DNA of 63,611 bases, filler included, from Bigelowiella natans CCMP2755 (GCA_000320545.1; 6 parts of 6 records of this genome joined end to end with filler, not necessarily neighbours in it), one strand, 5' to 3'. Positions 51,488 through 63,497 are shown, counted from the whole stretch's first letter. Made by a program: numbers and translations. The notes: a model not told the origin generated them from the letters alone.

Positions 51488-54196
51488 TCATTTAAGCTCT
51501 GCAAACAGCCGTGACCACCCATTTTCCGGCCTGCTGCTAAAGATATCCTTTCCCCCACCTCCAGCTATATCTTCCCTTGGGTTATTCTGCGCCATGCTGT
51601 CAAACAGCGAGGAATACGGAACGTCGTCGGCATTGCAGTCGCCTACTTCGTCACTATCATCCTCTTCCTCCTCCTCCTCCTCCCCCTCCTCCTTCTCCTC
51701 CTCTCTCCCTTCGTCCTCCCCAAACACGCCTTTCCTATAATTGTAATAACCGCTATCGTCGTCGTTGTTCTGATCATCCTCCTCCTCCTCCTCATCATCA
51801 TCATCCTCATCACGCACCACGGCGCGTCGATACGACCTCGTCGGCTCGGTTTCCTGGTCTATTTCTTCCCTGGTGGCCATCTTCATATCGCCCCACCCTG
51901 CGGCTGCAGACCGCCGTCGCTTCCCGCGCGCAGCTTCCCGCAGCTCCTCTCTCCTCTCCCGGGCATGCCGCTGTTCGTCATCGTAAAATCTCGGCCGCAG
52001 ATGATACGAAGCTGACGGGCGAAGGAGGCTATCGTCGTCGGGAGCGGGGGGGGGCGATTGAGATGATGACACCCAGTCGTAGTAGCGGTAGTAATAGCCA
52101 GGCTGGTTTTCGTTTTCACCAGCGCCCCCCCCCACCCCTGCCCCCTCCTCCTCCTCGTTCCCCATGGCGGCCTGCCTCCTCACCATTCTCTGCTTTCCGT
52201 AGTAGTCGAAGTGAATCACAGCGGCCTTGGCCCGAGAAGTCATGGGTATGCCCTCGTCCGCGAGAAGCGCCTGGAGCGCGCGCCGTGGCCGCCGGAGTCT
52301 TTTTCGGCCGCGCCCCCCCCCTCGGCGACCGGCACCCCCGACGTCGTCATCAACGTCACCACCACCACCACCGCCATCATCATCATCATCATCATCGGCT
52401 AGCAGCTGGCGCTCGTAGCTCTCTGCGATTTGCGCGTTGGTCATTCGCTCGAAGAGAAACGGGTGGCAGAGCAGCACCCACCGCATTAAGGGCCGAATCG
52501 CGAACGTGGTTATGTACGGCTCTAACTGCCCCCCATCGACTCGCAGCTCTCTGTCGTTTTCAAAGCCAAAGGCCTGGGTGAAGGGCCTCATCGCCGAGCT
52601 AGGATCCCCCCCCCCAGCCGGCTTCCCGAGCTCAGCCATGCGCTCTCTCTCTGCGAGATTGCTCAGGCTGTGCCTTGCCGTCACTTCCCGCACTAGTAAC
52701 CGGCCAGAAGCGCGCAGGGGCTGCTGCCGCGGGTCCAATTGGTATGGCACGAAGGCCGCTCGCCTCCTCCTCGCCTCCCTTGCTGCTCGTTTCAACTGTT
52801 TGCTTACGGCCCCCTCTCTCCCATCCTCCTCCTCCTCCTTCTCCTCCTCCTCCTCCTCTTCGCAGAGAAGGATGCGGTGATGTCCGATGTTAGCACAGAC
52901 GAGCGTTTCATTCACTACGAAGACAAAGGAGGCGGCGCAACCGTCCTTTGAGCGATCAGGGCCGCTGCCACCCGACCGCTCCTTCGATTCCGCGAGGTAG
53001 GCTTGATTGACCTCGTTGACTCCCCTCGTCACGGCCTCCACAGCGTAGCTCTCATGCGGCGATTTGCCTGTCGCAGGGTTGGGTTCCAGCAGCCCGTTGG
53101 CAATCGAGCTGTTTACGATGCGGGACGAAACGTACTCCGCGCAAAGACGAGAGCCGCCCTGCACGCCGGTGAACAGACCAGCGAAGGAGCAGCGAAGCGA
53201 GTCGGATTTATTGATCCTAGCATCGCTCAGGGCCAGCGCAACCGTCTGATCTTCGTTGCGATTACGAGGCTCCTCCCCCTTTGCGGCTTGGACTGCGAAA
53301 CGTGCAGAGGAGGGCGGCTTTACAATCTCAAAGAGCCTTGCCCCCCCTCTACCCTGTCTTGGACCGTAACTGGGCAGATCTCCGTCGAAGGCTTCTCCGT
53401 CAAAGTGCGTCAGCTGTCGCTGCGAGCCGCGCGCTACGCGCGCCGCAGCTCCCTTCCGAAGAGTGATGGTTAATGGCAGCGGAGATGTGAGCAGAGGCTT
53501 TGTCCAATTCGAGCCGTCGACGAATCGGCTGCTCACCTGAATGATTTCGTCACCGGGATCTGCGCCCTGCTCAAAGGCCTCGCCGTCAGCAAAGCGGACG
53601 ATGTTATCACCGTTGTCGGTGTAGAGGCCGATGTGGCGGCTGTGAAGAGTTATCTTCAGAAGCTGCTCGGCAGGTAATTCAGCGACGCTATTTCGATCAC
53701 GGTTATTTCTTGTGCCATCTTCTCTCCCGCCGTCTCCTGTTCTAACCTTTTGCATTTTTGCCTTCATCATTCGCTGGCGGAGGATGCGCTTTTGACGAAG
53801 AAAGGGGTTGGCGATGGACGGCAGGATGTCGTCGTCGTTGGCGTCTTGCGGCAAATTGAAGTTCTCATCCCCTACCATCTCCCTCAGTCTTTGCGTCATG
53901 TTCTCCCGTGCATCTTCGCTATCAGTAGAATGGAGCAATAGGTCGGGGTTCTTATCCATAACCGGAACCACAACTCCCATACCCGATGATGATCCTCCGC
54001 GAAATCGGCCGCACGAGCGCTCTCCGCATTTTTTCGCTTGCAGCTTCCGCCTCGCTCCAGCTGCACTCGTACTTTCGGAAAGATGGCTTGGGCCGCTCTG
54101 AAAATAGGTGGCGGTAAAGCAACCCAGGTAGAGCAGCACGAAGAGCAGCCTACTCCGCCGTGTTTGTGAAAACAGCGGACGAGATTTGGCTTCCAT
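51488..54196 (-). CDS. Intronless protein: signal/TM leader + PDZ-like domain + degenerate PP2C fold + acidic tail
   Basis: LLFVLLYLGCFTATYF; PDZ-like HIGL..GEAFEQGADPGDEIIQVS..LPLTITLRK; PP2C motifs in order NED, FAGLFTGVQGG, LVCANIGH, ERERM, TQAFG, EPYI, WVLLCHPFLFERMTNAQIA. Confidence 0.8.
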   Translation of the reverse strand: MEAKSRPLFSQTRRSRLLFVLLYLGCFTATYFQSGPSHLSESTSAAGARRKLQAKKCGERSCGRFRGGSSSGMGVVVPVMDKNPDLLLHSTDSEDARENMTQRLREMVGDENFNLPQDANDDDILPSIANPFLRQKRILRQRMMKAKMQKVRTGDGGREDGTRNNRDRNSVAELPAEQLLKITLHSRHIGLYTDNGDNIVRFADGEAFEQGADPGDEIIQVSSRFVDGSNWTKPLLTSPLPLTITLRKGAAARVARGSQRQLTHFDGEAFDGDLPSYGPRQGRGGARLFEIVKPPSSARFAVQAAKGEEPRNRNEDQTVALALSDARINKSDSLRCSFAGLFTGVQGGSRLCAEYVSSRIVNSSIANGLLEPNPATGKSPHESYAVEAVTRGVNEVNQAYLAESKERSGGSGPDRSKDGCAASFVFVVNETLVCANIGHHRILLCEEEEEEEKEEEEDGREGAVSKQLKRAAREARRRRAAFVPYQLDPRQQPLRASGRLLVREVTARHSLSNLAERERMAELGKPAGGGDPSSAMRPFTQAFGFENDRELRVDGGQLEPYITTFAIRPLMRWVLLCHPFLFERMTNAQIAESYERQLLADDDDDDDGGGGGGDVDDDVGGAGRRGGGRGRKRLRRPRRALQALLADEGIPMTSRAKAAVIHFDYYGKQRMVRRQAAMGNEEEEGAGVGGGAGENENQPGYYYRYYDWVSSSQSPPPAPDDDSLLRPSASYHLRPRFYDDEQRHARERREELREAARGKRRRSAAAGWGDMKMATREEIDQETEPTRSYRRAVVRDEDDDDEEEEEDDQNNDDDSGYYNYRKGVFGEDEGREEEKEEGEEEEEEEDDSDEVGDCNADDVPYSSLFDSMAQNNPREDIAGGGGKDIFSSRPENGWSRLFAELK

Positions 54197-54591
54197 TGAT
54201 GGAACGGGGAATTCTAGCCTGTCACACTTAACATCCAGCACCTTGCCTTTATAGCATAGGATTCAGGCTCTGTGGGAATCCTATGCATTGCATCACACCC
54301 CCTTTTCCCCGACTCGATCTCTGGCTTGGATGGGGTTAGAGCTGTTTCGGGCAGTCACACTTGGCAGATGTTCATGGGCAAAATTTTGTCCAAAGGGGGA
54401 AAAAAAAAGGCGTACTGACAAAAACAATCTGCGACACATTTAGTTGTTGTCGCTGTACTGAAATCAGTCAATTCCCCAACAAAAAAACACACTTTCATGA
54501 AAAGAGTTGCCAGGCTCATTGGGCAATCCATTGGAGGTCCACTTGCCCATTTGCTTGAGGCGCATCCAGCTTGTCAGCAGTGCAAGGGGTA

Positions 54592-56803
54592 CATCTTGCT
54601 GGGATGTCAGATGAGCACAAATCTTGAATCTTGAATCTTGGAGGGTTTGTGTCCACTTGGACAATCTTGAATCTTGGAGGGTTCGGTCCACTTGTTTGGA
54701 TCGTCACTGAAGTGGACACGAACTTTGAGCCTTCCTGGCTTGCGGGGAAGTGACGTCTCTTTCGCGTCCACCATTGCAATGCAATCACTCCGTGTGTCCA
54801 TGTTTCGATCATTCACTTGCACAAGGGATCAAAGAACAAACCGTTTTCACTTCTGCCAGTTGTGGTCGGTCAAAACCACTCACACCAGTCTCCAGGTCTG
54901 GTCGCACACACGCGTCACACGTTTTGGTCACTTTGACACGCACGCGGTCAAAACTGGCAACCGCGCGGTTTTTTTGGACTTCCATGCCTTCAATGGCTGT
55001 GCAGCGTGCGCACGTGCGAACGTGTGCATGCAGTTTGGTGCACACGTTCTTTGCAGTGCATGCTCCACTTGTGTGCATTTTTGCCCACACACGTCCCAAA
55101 CGAGCGAGCATGTGCAGTTCAGTGCACACCTTTGACCACACGTGTCTCAGGGAACATCAGACATGCTAGCATGTGTGCTTGTGACTTGGTGCGCTCTGTG
55201 GCCTTTGATGGCCATGTGGACTTTGCAGACCGCAAAAGTGAGCGTGTCGCGTTTCCAGCCTTGAAACTGGGCTCATTTCTGTCAGCCACGTGATGCATGC
55301 GTGGACGACAGCATCTTGTCTAGTTGTCAGAAGTTCGTTTGACTCGCGACCGACAAACTGCGACGACACACTTTAGACCTCTGGACTGCGCTGCTGGACT
55401 GTTGCTGTCACTTTTTCGTTTCAAAGAGCGCGTGCGTCAATCAGCGGCGTCGGAGCCGCGGACAAGTGGGTTTTCACACGCTTCCGTGCGCTCTAGCGCT
55501 TTGTTTGTTTGCTGAACTCAAGGCTTTCAGACTGCTCTGGCTGATCCGAAACCTCGTTCGATTCAGACCCGCTTTGATTGATGTCACAGACAAGCAGACA
55601 CATCAAGTCCATTGTCTGGCCATGCACGATGTGCGAGATGCAAAAGTTTTGAAAGCAGTGGACAGCCACAGCTAGACAGCTCGATGAACTCTGTCGTTTT
55701 CGTGCACGCATGCGATGCACGCATATTGCAAACAAAACTTTGACACGTGTCTCTAGACCTAGCGGTGCGATCACTTCGAGACTTTGCACTGGCCGATTGG
55801 CTGCGCACAACTTCGATTCAATGCAAGCAAAAATGGCGCGTGCCTGCGATTCGTCCAGGTGTGTCTAGGTGTGCAGTGCCTGCATGGCTAGACAGCGCTA
55901 GCAAGGACATTGATTGATCATCACATGCTGCACGCAGTCTGCACACACTCCTAGACTCATCTGGTCATGTCAGTCAGGCATTTGCACTGCTCTGGTGCTG
56001 GACTGCGACGATGCACCGTGCACACGTGACAACATGGTGACAATTTGACATTTTGTCGTTTTCGTGAGTGCACTGCAAGTTTGAAACATGCACTGTCGAC
56101 ACCACGTTGCATTGTGGCAGTGCGTGTTCCAAACACATGTTGTCAAGCAATGTGATGCACACAGCTGTTGACAATGTGTGATTCTTGCAAACACTGCTAG
56201 ACTGTCTGTTCAAAATTGTCAGCATGCACCTGCAAATCACACAAAAATGTGCTTTGATGAATCATTGATTTTGAAACACACATCGCACAAATGCAAGTTG
56301 CAGCGTCATTGACATTGCAAGTGCAAGTTGCACAGCATTGTCGTTGACATGTTGCCACACAGTGGAGACAATTTGAGTGCATTGTTGACAATGTCGGGGA
56401 TTTTGCTTGCATGCGTGCGACAACATGGCCTCCATGACTTGTGGTGACTGGCACCATGATTGCATTTTGATTTACCGTTTTGATTTGCCGAATTGACAAA
56501 TTGCCAAAGACAATGGTGTTGGAAAGGCACATCGCATGCTGACGCAATGGCGACGTGTTCAACAATGAATGCATGGCTTTCAAAGGCTGCACTGGGCTGC
56601 GAGCATCATCATGAGCCAACACTAGAACAACGGACAGATGTGCTAGGTGCAGTAACAATGCCAGACACGGGCACAAGGTGTCAGGGCATTGTGTGCAGCT
56701 CTTTCATTCGCTTGCATTGCGCTGCAGAGACAACTTTTGTCACTGGCTAGCTGGCCGGCATGAACAACTGGTGGTGTCTCCATGTCGTCATTGCAAACAT
56801 CTT
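54592..56803. other. TpA-depleted tract 2, probable degenerate repeat or transposon relic
   Basis: Manual count: 18 TA in 2.2 kb, 14 of them CTAG; first ~570 bp has none; ORFs in the tract are Tyr-free and Cys/His-rich. Confidence 0.9.
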
Positions 56804-57181
56804 GTAGTCAAGTGGAAACGATGCCAGATGGGAAACCATCATCACGCACACAAATGAGATACTTAGTCACTCTTCCATGAGCATGAAACGCGTTGCAGCC
56901 GTGCCTGGCGCGGGACACACACACACAGCATCGCATGCATGTATCGTAAATGTCCACAGTGTTCTTGACACGATTTATTATGCGCGGACTTACTTTGATG
57001 CGACGATCAGTCGTAGCGATGCTATCATAATAATTCGCTTGCTGCAGGGATAGATGCAATAATAGACTCACATGTACATACAAGGCAGACTAGACATTAC
57101 GATGCATTTTCATGGGAGAAGAAAAATTAAGTAGTCGCGCCAACAGTGCAATAAACGCATTGCCCCATTGTATTATTTACA

Positions 57182-57776
57182 TCAATGATCGTCAGCATCT
57201 TTTAGCAGCTCTGCCTCTTGTTTCAACTGCTCAATTCTCATACCCCATGATGTTTTTATTTCCTTCACTTTAGTCTCGTCATCCACAGTCTACCGACATT
57301 ATTTATATTAGACACAATAAATTGCTTCAGAATTGTGTTTTTATAAACACCTTTAGTATGGTTTCGAAGTGGTTAAGCGTGTCCTCTGTAACTTCGAGTG
57401 CGATCTTAGCATCTTCATTGAAGTAGACGGTCTCCTTTGAATCTCTGATTTAAATTGAGGTAGATTAATAATCGGAACGAGTCATTATACAATCTAGATT
57501 CATATGATGGACATATGATGGATAGGTGTCGAGATTATCCTACAGAGCATCTGCAATCTCCATGCGTGCTTCGGTAAACTTATCAGTCAGCTCATCGAGC
57601 ATCTTGTCGACAGATGAAGAGGAGAAATTCACTTTGGGAAGTCCATGACGGACAGGGGAGAATTTTCCGAAGATTCTGCTGTGGTTAGTAACAGCTGAGT
57701 GAAAAGTTTTCCTCATACGAAATCCACGTGTTCTGTTTATAATCCTCGTGAATCTTGCCGATGCCGATGCCATCAT
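57182..57776 (-). CDS. Small mitochondrial 'embryogenesis-like' protein (plant At1g71730-like), 3 exons
   Basis: Arg-rich presequence; LTDKFTEARMEIADAL|DSKETVYFNED..|..SWGMRIEQLKQE matches the family pattern F.EAR.EI..A..SKETVYF.E..G.K.EQLK.E as I recall it. Confidence 0.75.
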
Positions 57777-58931
57777 CTTGTGTAGTGGAAGGGAGCAGAC
57801 GAAGAGAGACCAGGCTTCCTAGATCTAAGCCGGAACCTACGCAAAATATCGGATGCCAGGTGCAGGCCGAGAAGGAATGAGACAGTGCACGTGTCCCTCC
57901 GGGTGACTTCTGACAACGAATGGAAGGTTCGGACAACTTACATTGAATTTTTCGGGTAGTCAAAGTAATCAATTGAACTAATTCGGGCAATATTACTTAA
58001 CTTGGACTGCCGAGATGGGAAATTCCGAAAAAATAGGCCTGGAAAATCGTGGGTGGCGCGATAAAAAGCTCGTTTCGCTTGAGGGGAAGAGTTGAGCGAC
58101 AGACACTTGCGATTTTGTACTGGAACATCGTGATTTAATGGCCTCTGCTGCTTCGCGAGTCTCTTTGATACAATAGAGACTCAGCACCTTGCAGAGATTC
58201 TCTTTGTACGCGTTCGTTGTGTCTGTCTATCTCCAGTTTATCCCCATTCTGATATCCGAATTGCATATAATTTATTTAAACGACATAGTTTATTTTGTAA
58301 AGTTATTGAAAAATACGAAATCTGGCCCTGTCCCACGCAACTCAGGTTCTCTTTCCAACAACCACCGTCTCTCTCTCCAGATTCAGCCCCTCATATCCTT
58401 TCGGTTGATAAGCCACCAAAAACGGCCTACTGGAATCTCAGAAGGTAGTATAAATTTATTGTCGTTATGAAAAAATAAATGCGATTTCTTGTCGCAGATC
58501 GGTTTCCGGAGAGTGCGCCTTTGTCTCTCTCTCGCCATTTTGAACATAAACCCCAAAGCACAACAAAAAAGGTCCCCATCCCCTCCCCTGAATCTCCCCT
58601 TGAACAACGCCACGGGCCCCAAACCCCGCCGGCAAGTCAAACATGATGATTATCGTAGTTGTCATGCCGTGGCCTTAATAATTTCCCGGAATCGCGGAAA
58701 GGGGAGGGATGGGGGACAGCGAGAGTTCGAAAGAGTATCCATGGCTGAGGCCCGTGAGGATTTTCGTTCTCTATAGACACGCTTCATAGGATCACAATGT
58801 TGTTGGGGGGCGTTCCGAACCTCTTAGAATCATCAAACCTCATCATCAATGCATGATTCGAGGGTCTTCATGCGAAATTAAAGGAGTTACGTTCCTGATG
58901 TTTATCTGTTGGTTGCACCACCACCTATGCA

Positions 58932-59385
58932 GGGAACATCAGCAGGCTTTTTATAGCCCGAAGTCTTCTGAACCAACAAAGGCCAACTCCCTGCTGTGTC
59001 TCCGGCCTTACTTGACGGCGAGGAAGAGTGTATTGCGTGCTACTCACGGGGATCACCTGAGAGAAGAAGTAGAGGTCCAACATTCGTCGCGCGACGTGGC
59101 TGATTATCCCACCCACCTCTCACTGCATCCTACCAAACAAATAATATTTCCCCAGTCTCTGGTAATTGTATAAGAGACGAAAAATTGACCTAGGAACGTG
59201 TATTCCGAAGGGATATTTTTTTCCCGACACGGCCCACTCCTTCTAGTGAATACTCACAGTTAGCGACATCATCCCTTTTTAGGCCTGGAGACGAAGTTGT
59301 CACCATTCCTACAGCTAATAAACCATCGATGAAGCGCGGTCGGCCTGATGACGGTCAAGGGCCGCCGAAAAAAATTAGTGCCGGG
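58932..59385 (+). CDS. Unknown protein, two internal exons, cut by gap
   Basis: EHQQAFYSPKSSEPTK..HLREEVE|ERVFRRDIFFPTRP..MKRGRPDDGQGPPKKISAG| with phase-consistent GT-AG. Confidence 0.4.
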
Positions 59386-59485
59386 TAACATCAACAGATG
59401 ATGATGGTGATGATTAATATTATTATAATGGTACCTGCGGGAGAGAGGGGGGGGGGGGGGGGGGAGGTAGGGGGGTAGGGTAGTA

Positions 59486-59585
59486 NNNNNNNNNNNNNNN
59501 NNNNNNNNNNNNNNNNNNNNNNNNNNNNNTTAATTAATTAANNNNNNNNNNNNNNNNNNNNNNNNNNNNNNNNNNNNNNNNNNNN
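59486..59585. other. Assembly spacer
   Basis: 44N-TTAATTAATTAA-44N. Confidence 0.98.
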
Positions 59586-59595
59586 CACACACACA

Positions 59596-59639
<44 letters not shown>

Positions 59640-59747
59640 CCGTATGTTTTTTTTATTCTATCTTTCGTATTATATGCTGCGGCGGGGCGTGTGTGGGGGG
59701 CGCTGTGTCGACACAGTTCCACATATATCTTCCGGGTGCGCGTACGC

Positions 59748-59801
<54 letters not shown>

Positions 59802-59818
59802 TTCTTTTTTTTTTTCTT

Positions 59819-59852
<34 letters not shown>

Positions 59853-59868
59853 AAACACATATTTATGC

Positions 59869-59900
<32 letters not shown>

Positions 59901-59916
59901 GCGTGTGCGTGTTCAG

Positions 59917-60033
59917 GCCGATATTGTCCGGACATGGAGGTAGGCATTGGCGGACAATGAAACCTGTCGTCACACACCGATGTTTGGATCGTTATGATAC
60001 TATAAAATTCATGTGCATAATCTTGTGTGTGTG

Positions 60034-60075
<42 letters not shown>

Positions 60076-60892
60076 GCACAGTGTATCCGTACCTACCCCC
60101 CTCAAACATGGCATTCGTTTCTTATAATCCAGCCTCCTAACGGCCAAACCTGTTATTTTCCTCATCAACGTCCACAAGGTGAGCCCTGCATTTTGACATC
60201 AAATCGCAACAGCTGCGGGCAGTGCAATGCTGAATCTGCCCATATTATCGTCACCAACAACTCCGCCCTCTACCCTGCTGTCCCTCGCTATTAACACCTT
60301 CCTTGGCATTACTGTTCGTATACATCCCCACTCCTACACACCGGCGGTGTTATCTGCCTTCTGCTGCTACGACGTGCTCTTGCGATTGTATATCGGCACT
60401 GAATGCTGTCCTTACGGGGAGAACAAAACGTGAGGAAGAACACATGCACGCACTGACCGGCTGAGCAACTGCGGAAGAACTGATTATCCGCTGCTATCCT
60501 TTTCCCGCTCCGTGTCGTTGTCGTTGTGCGTTCTTTCTGGCTTTGTGAATTGACGGTGCAGGATGACGTGCTGAAGGGGAAAAACAAGTGGTTTCTCAAG
60601 ATTAAGCGATGGTAATAGTTAGCTGCTGCATGAGAGAGTATTTAAAAGGAAACTCGGACTTCGTCTTCACTCCCTTCTCCCCCCCCCCCCCTCCTTCTTT
60701 TCTTTCCATTTCCTCTCAAAAGCATTTCTGAGGATGTGGGGACGGTGTGTGTGTGTGTGTGTGTGTGATTTTTTTTTGGGTTTGAGAAACAAGCTTTCTT
60801 GAGCACAATTCAACGACTCGTGATGATGGCGCCGATACAGCACATGAAACAATTGCAAACGATATCGATATCAAATAATACTCTCCCCCCTT

Positions 60893-60976
<84 letters not shown>

Positions 60977-61252
60977 CCGTCTCTGGGTGAATGTACGTTT
61001 GTGTGCATGTGCGTTCTTGCAAACCAGGGTTGATGTCCACTCTCCAGGGTCCAAAATCATGCCCTTTTCCGTGAGGTGAGGAGCAACTCACCACCACCAC
61101 CACCACCACCATCACAACCCACGATGAAGGCAGATTATGATTACCCAGAGCTTCATCCGCGGCTATGTGTGTGGCATGGGACCAGCACTGCTCGTGATGG
61201 AAGTAGTTGGTGCCAAGATTAAGACGAATGTGTGTGTATGTGTTTGTGTATG

Positions 61253-61294
<42 letters not shown>

Positions 61295-61609
61295 GCGTGT
61301 GTGAAATCACAATACCGTAGTCACGAGGCCGAGCTGCAGATGAGCGAAACAGATCCAACAACCAGCAGGTCAGTGCGGCGGGGGGGGGGGGGGAGGCAAA
61401 TATAACCAGCACGCAGCCTTGATGAGTAGTACTTCCCAGCCTAAACAAATGAAAACACATGGGCACACATACGCATACGCATAATACAAACACACACGCC
61501 TGGTGTGCGCGGATCACTGACGTCGTCGTGGGTGGATGCCGGGCTCCCCCATCGAGTGCTGCTCCCCACAGCAACCGGAGCGGGTCGGTTCTGCCGAAAA
61601 TAGTCCAAC
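59917..61609 (+). CDS. OLA1: Obg-like ATPase OLA1/YchF, internal short exons only
   Basis: ADIVRTWS|LLTAKPVIFLINVHK|DDVLKGKNKWFLKIKRW|VDVHSPGSKIMPFSVS|HEAELQ..|NRSGSVLPKIVQ: OLA1 LLTAKP, KNKW..KIK.WVD, PFS and LPKI motifs. Not visible in the ORF track. Confidence 0.88.
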
Positions 61610-61630
61610 GTGAGCTCCGAATATTATATA

Positions 61631-61730
61631 NNNNNNNNNNNNNNNNNNNNNNNNNNNNNNNNNNNNNNNNNNNNTTAATTAATTAANNNNNNNNNNNNNN
61701 NNNNNNNNNNNNNNNNNNNNNNNNNNNNNN
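61631..61730. other. Assembly spacer
   Basis: 44N-TTAATTAATTAA-44N. Confidence 0.98.
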
Positions 61731-61847
61731 CAATCCGGGACTACGAGACCTTACTGCTTTGGGCTTAAAGCGGATATGGTAGAAAATCTTTGTATTAGCG
61801 ACCAGAGGAAGTGATCGTTCCTTCCCTCTCCCCTCCCCCCCCCCCTT

Positions 61848-61905
<58 letters not shown>

Positions 61906-61930
61906 GCGTGCGCGCACAGAAATACGCACC

Positions 61931-62719
61931 TCGATGAGCCTGTCCTGGTTGAAGCTGCGTGCGCTCTCCAGAACCCCCCCCGAACGACCTGCACAAAGGT
62001 GGATAAGAAGAAGATTTTGAGGGAGATACACATCGTTCTCGACTACTAAAAAAACTAACTATCGATCCTCGTGTGGTAATATCCTTTCGCCACCGCCGTG
62101 CCGTTCACGTACTCCACCACCACCACCACCACCACGAATCCATCTCCGAACGCCAACGTTGTTGTTGTTTTCCCACGTAAGTAAATAGGATGATTTTTAT
62201 ACGGCCATATACCTCTTCCTCCTCCTGCTGCTGCTGGGAGCGGGCTGCTGGGAGTTTCGATGTTTTCCACCATATCCGGTTCGATGAGGTTGCTGGGTAG
62301 TAGCAGAGGGTGAGGGAGAGGGGGGGGGGGAGGAGGGGGCGAGGGGGAGAAACATCAACCACGATTACCAGCGGGTTCTATAGGAGATGAGGGAATGAAT
62401 GAGCGGCGTCTTTAACCACCACCGTCACCACCATCAACAGCAGCAGCAACTATACTACTCCTATCACCAGCAGCATGACTGCTACTTACTCCAACTCCTG
62501 CTTTTACTATTACGAAATCACCAATTACCAAGCCATGGCGATGTTCTTGGCCGTTTCTCGCTTGTCCCCGGTCAACATCCACACTTTAATGCCGCCTAAG
62601 TACACATGCAAACATTAAGCCAAAAGACCCTTTTACAGTGTACGGCAGACACATACGACTTGCACAGCTTCTCCGAATGAGCAGGAATCACCGATGGTAT
62701 GTGTATATACTATATCTAC

Positions 62720-62759
<40 letters not shown>

Positions 62760-62820
62760 GTCTCGGTTCGAAAGCTGTGTTGCTGTCACAGATCCAAGAA
62801 TGGCCGCCGTATCTGTAACG

Positions 62821-62852
<32 letters not shown>

Positions 62853-63428
62853 AAATCATGATGCTTTCTCTAGTTTGTGCATGCGAGCACATACCAATGA
62901 GGAAGTCCCTAATGCACTCTGGAACGAGGTTCTGCAGCCTGTCCTCGATTGCCGTAGCGCCCAGCAACCTGAAAGAAATAAGGCGGGATGGGCGGCGGAA
63001 AGGACACGATGACGAATCGCTCTGCGGGGGACGAACGATGACAAAGCGACGCTATTCTGTGACCATTGGTGTATGCTTGGTCTCCCCCCCCCCTTCCATC
63101 CCACGACGCAAAACCCACGCACCTCATTCCCGCATCGAGTTCAATCTTGCGATATACCGACCGCCTGCAATCATAGGCGCGCGCGCGCGCACACACACAA
63201 ACGTGCATTAGATTATATTACTTACGATTCAACGCGCAGGAGTGCGTTTTGTTTCCGAATTTCTCCACGACTACCGCTCTGCCTGTACGCGCTCCTTCGC
63301 CCTCCTCCTCCACGCCATCTCGCTTTCGTCAGCGTTCCTCTTCACGTCCTGAGGCCGCAGCTTTCTCACGCGCTCGAATTCATCTCGGTGCTTCTCCCAC
63401 CATGAAAAGCTCTGCGTGTGTGTGTACG

Positions 63429-63463
<35 letters not shown>

Positions 63464-63464
63464 T

Positions 63465-63497
<33 letters not shown>

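Noticed and set aside
54674-56750. Cys/His-rich ORFs as zinc-finger or metal-binding proteins (also 6147-6491)
   Set aside because: Overlapping ORFs in all frames arise because TAA/TAG stops and Tyr codons are missing; no domain pattern.
54592-56803. CpG-methylation decay or classical RIP as the cause of the TG/CA excess
   Set aside because: CpG remains plentiful and TpA is lost rather than gained; RIP would create TpA.
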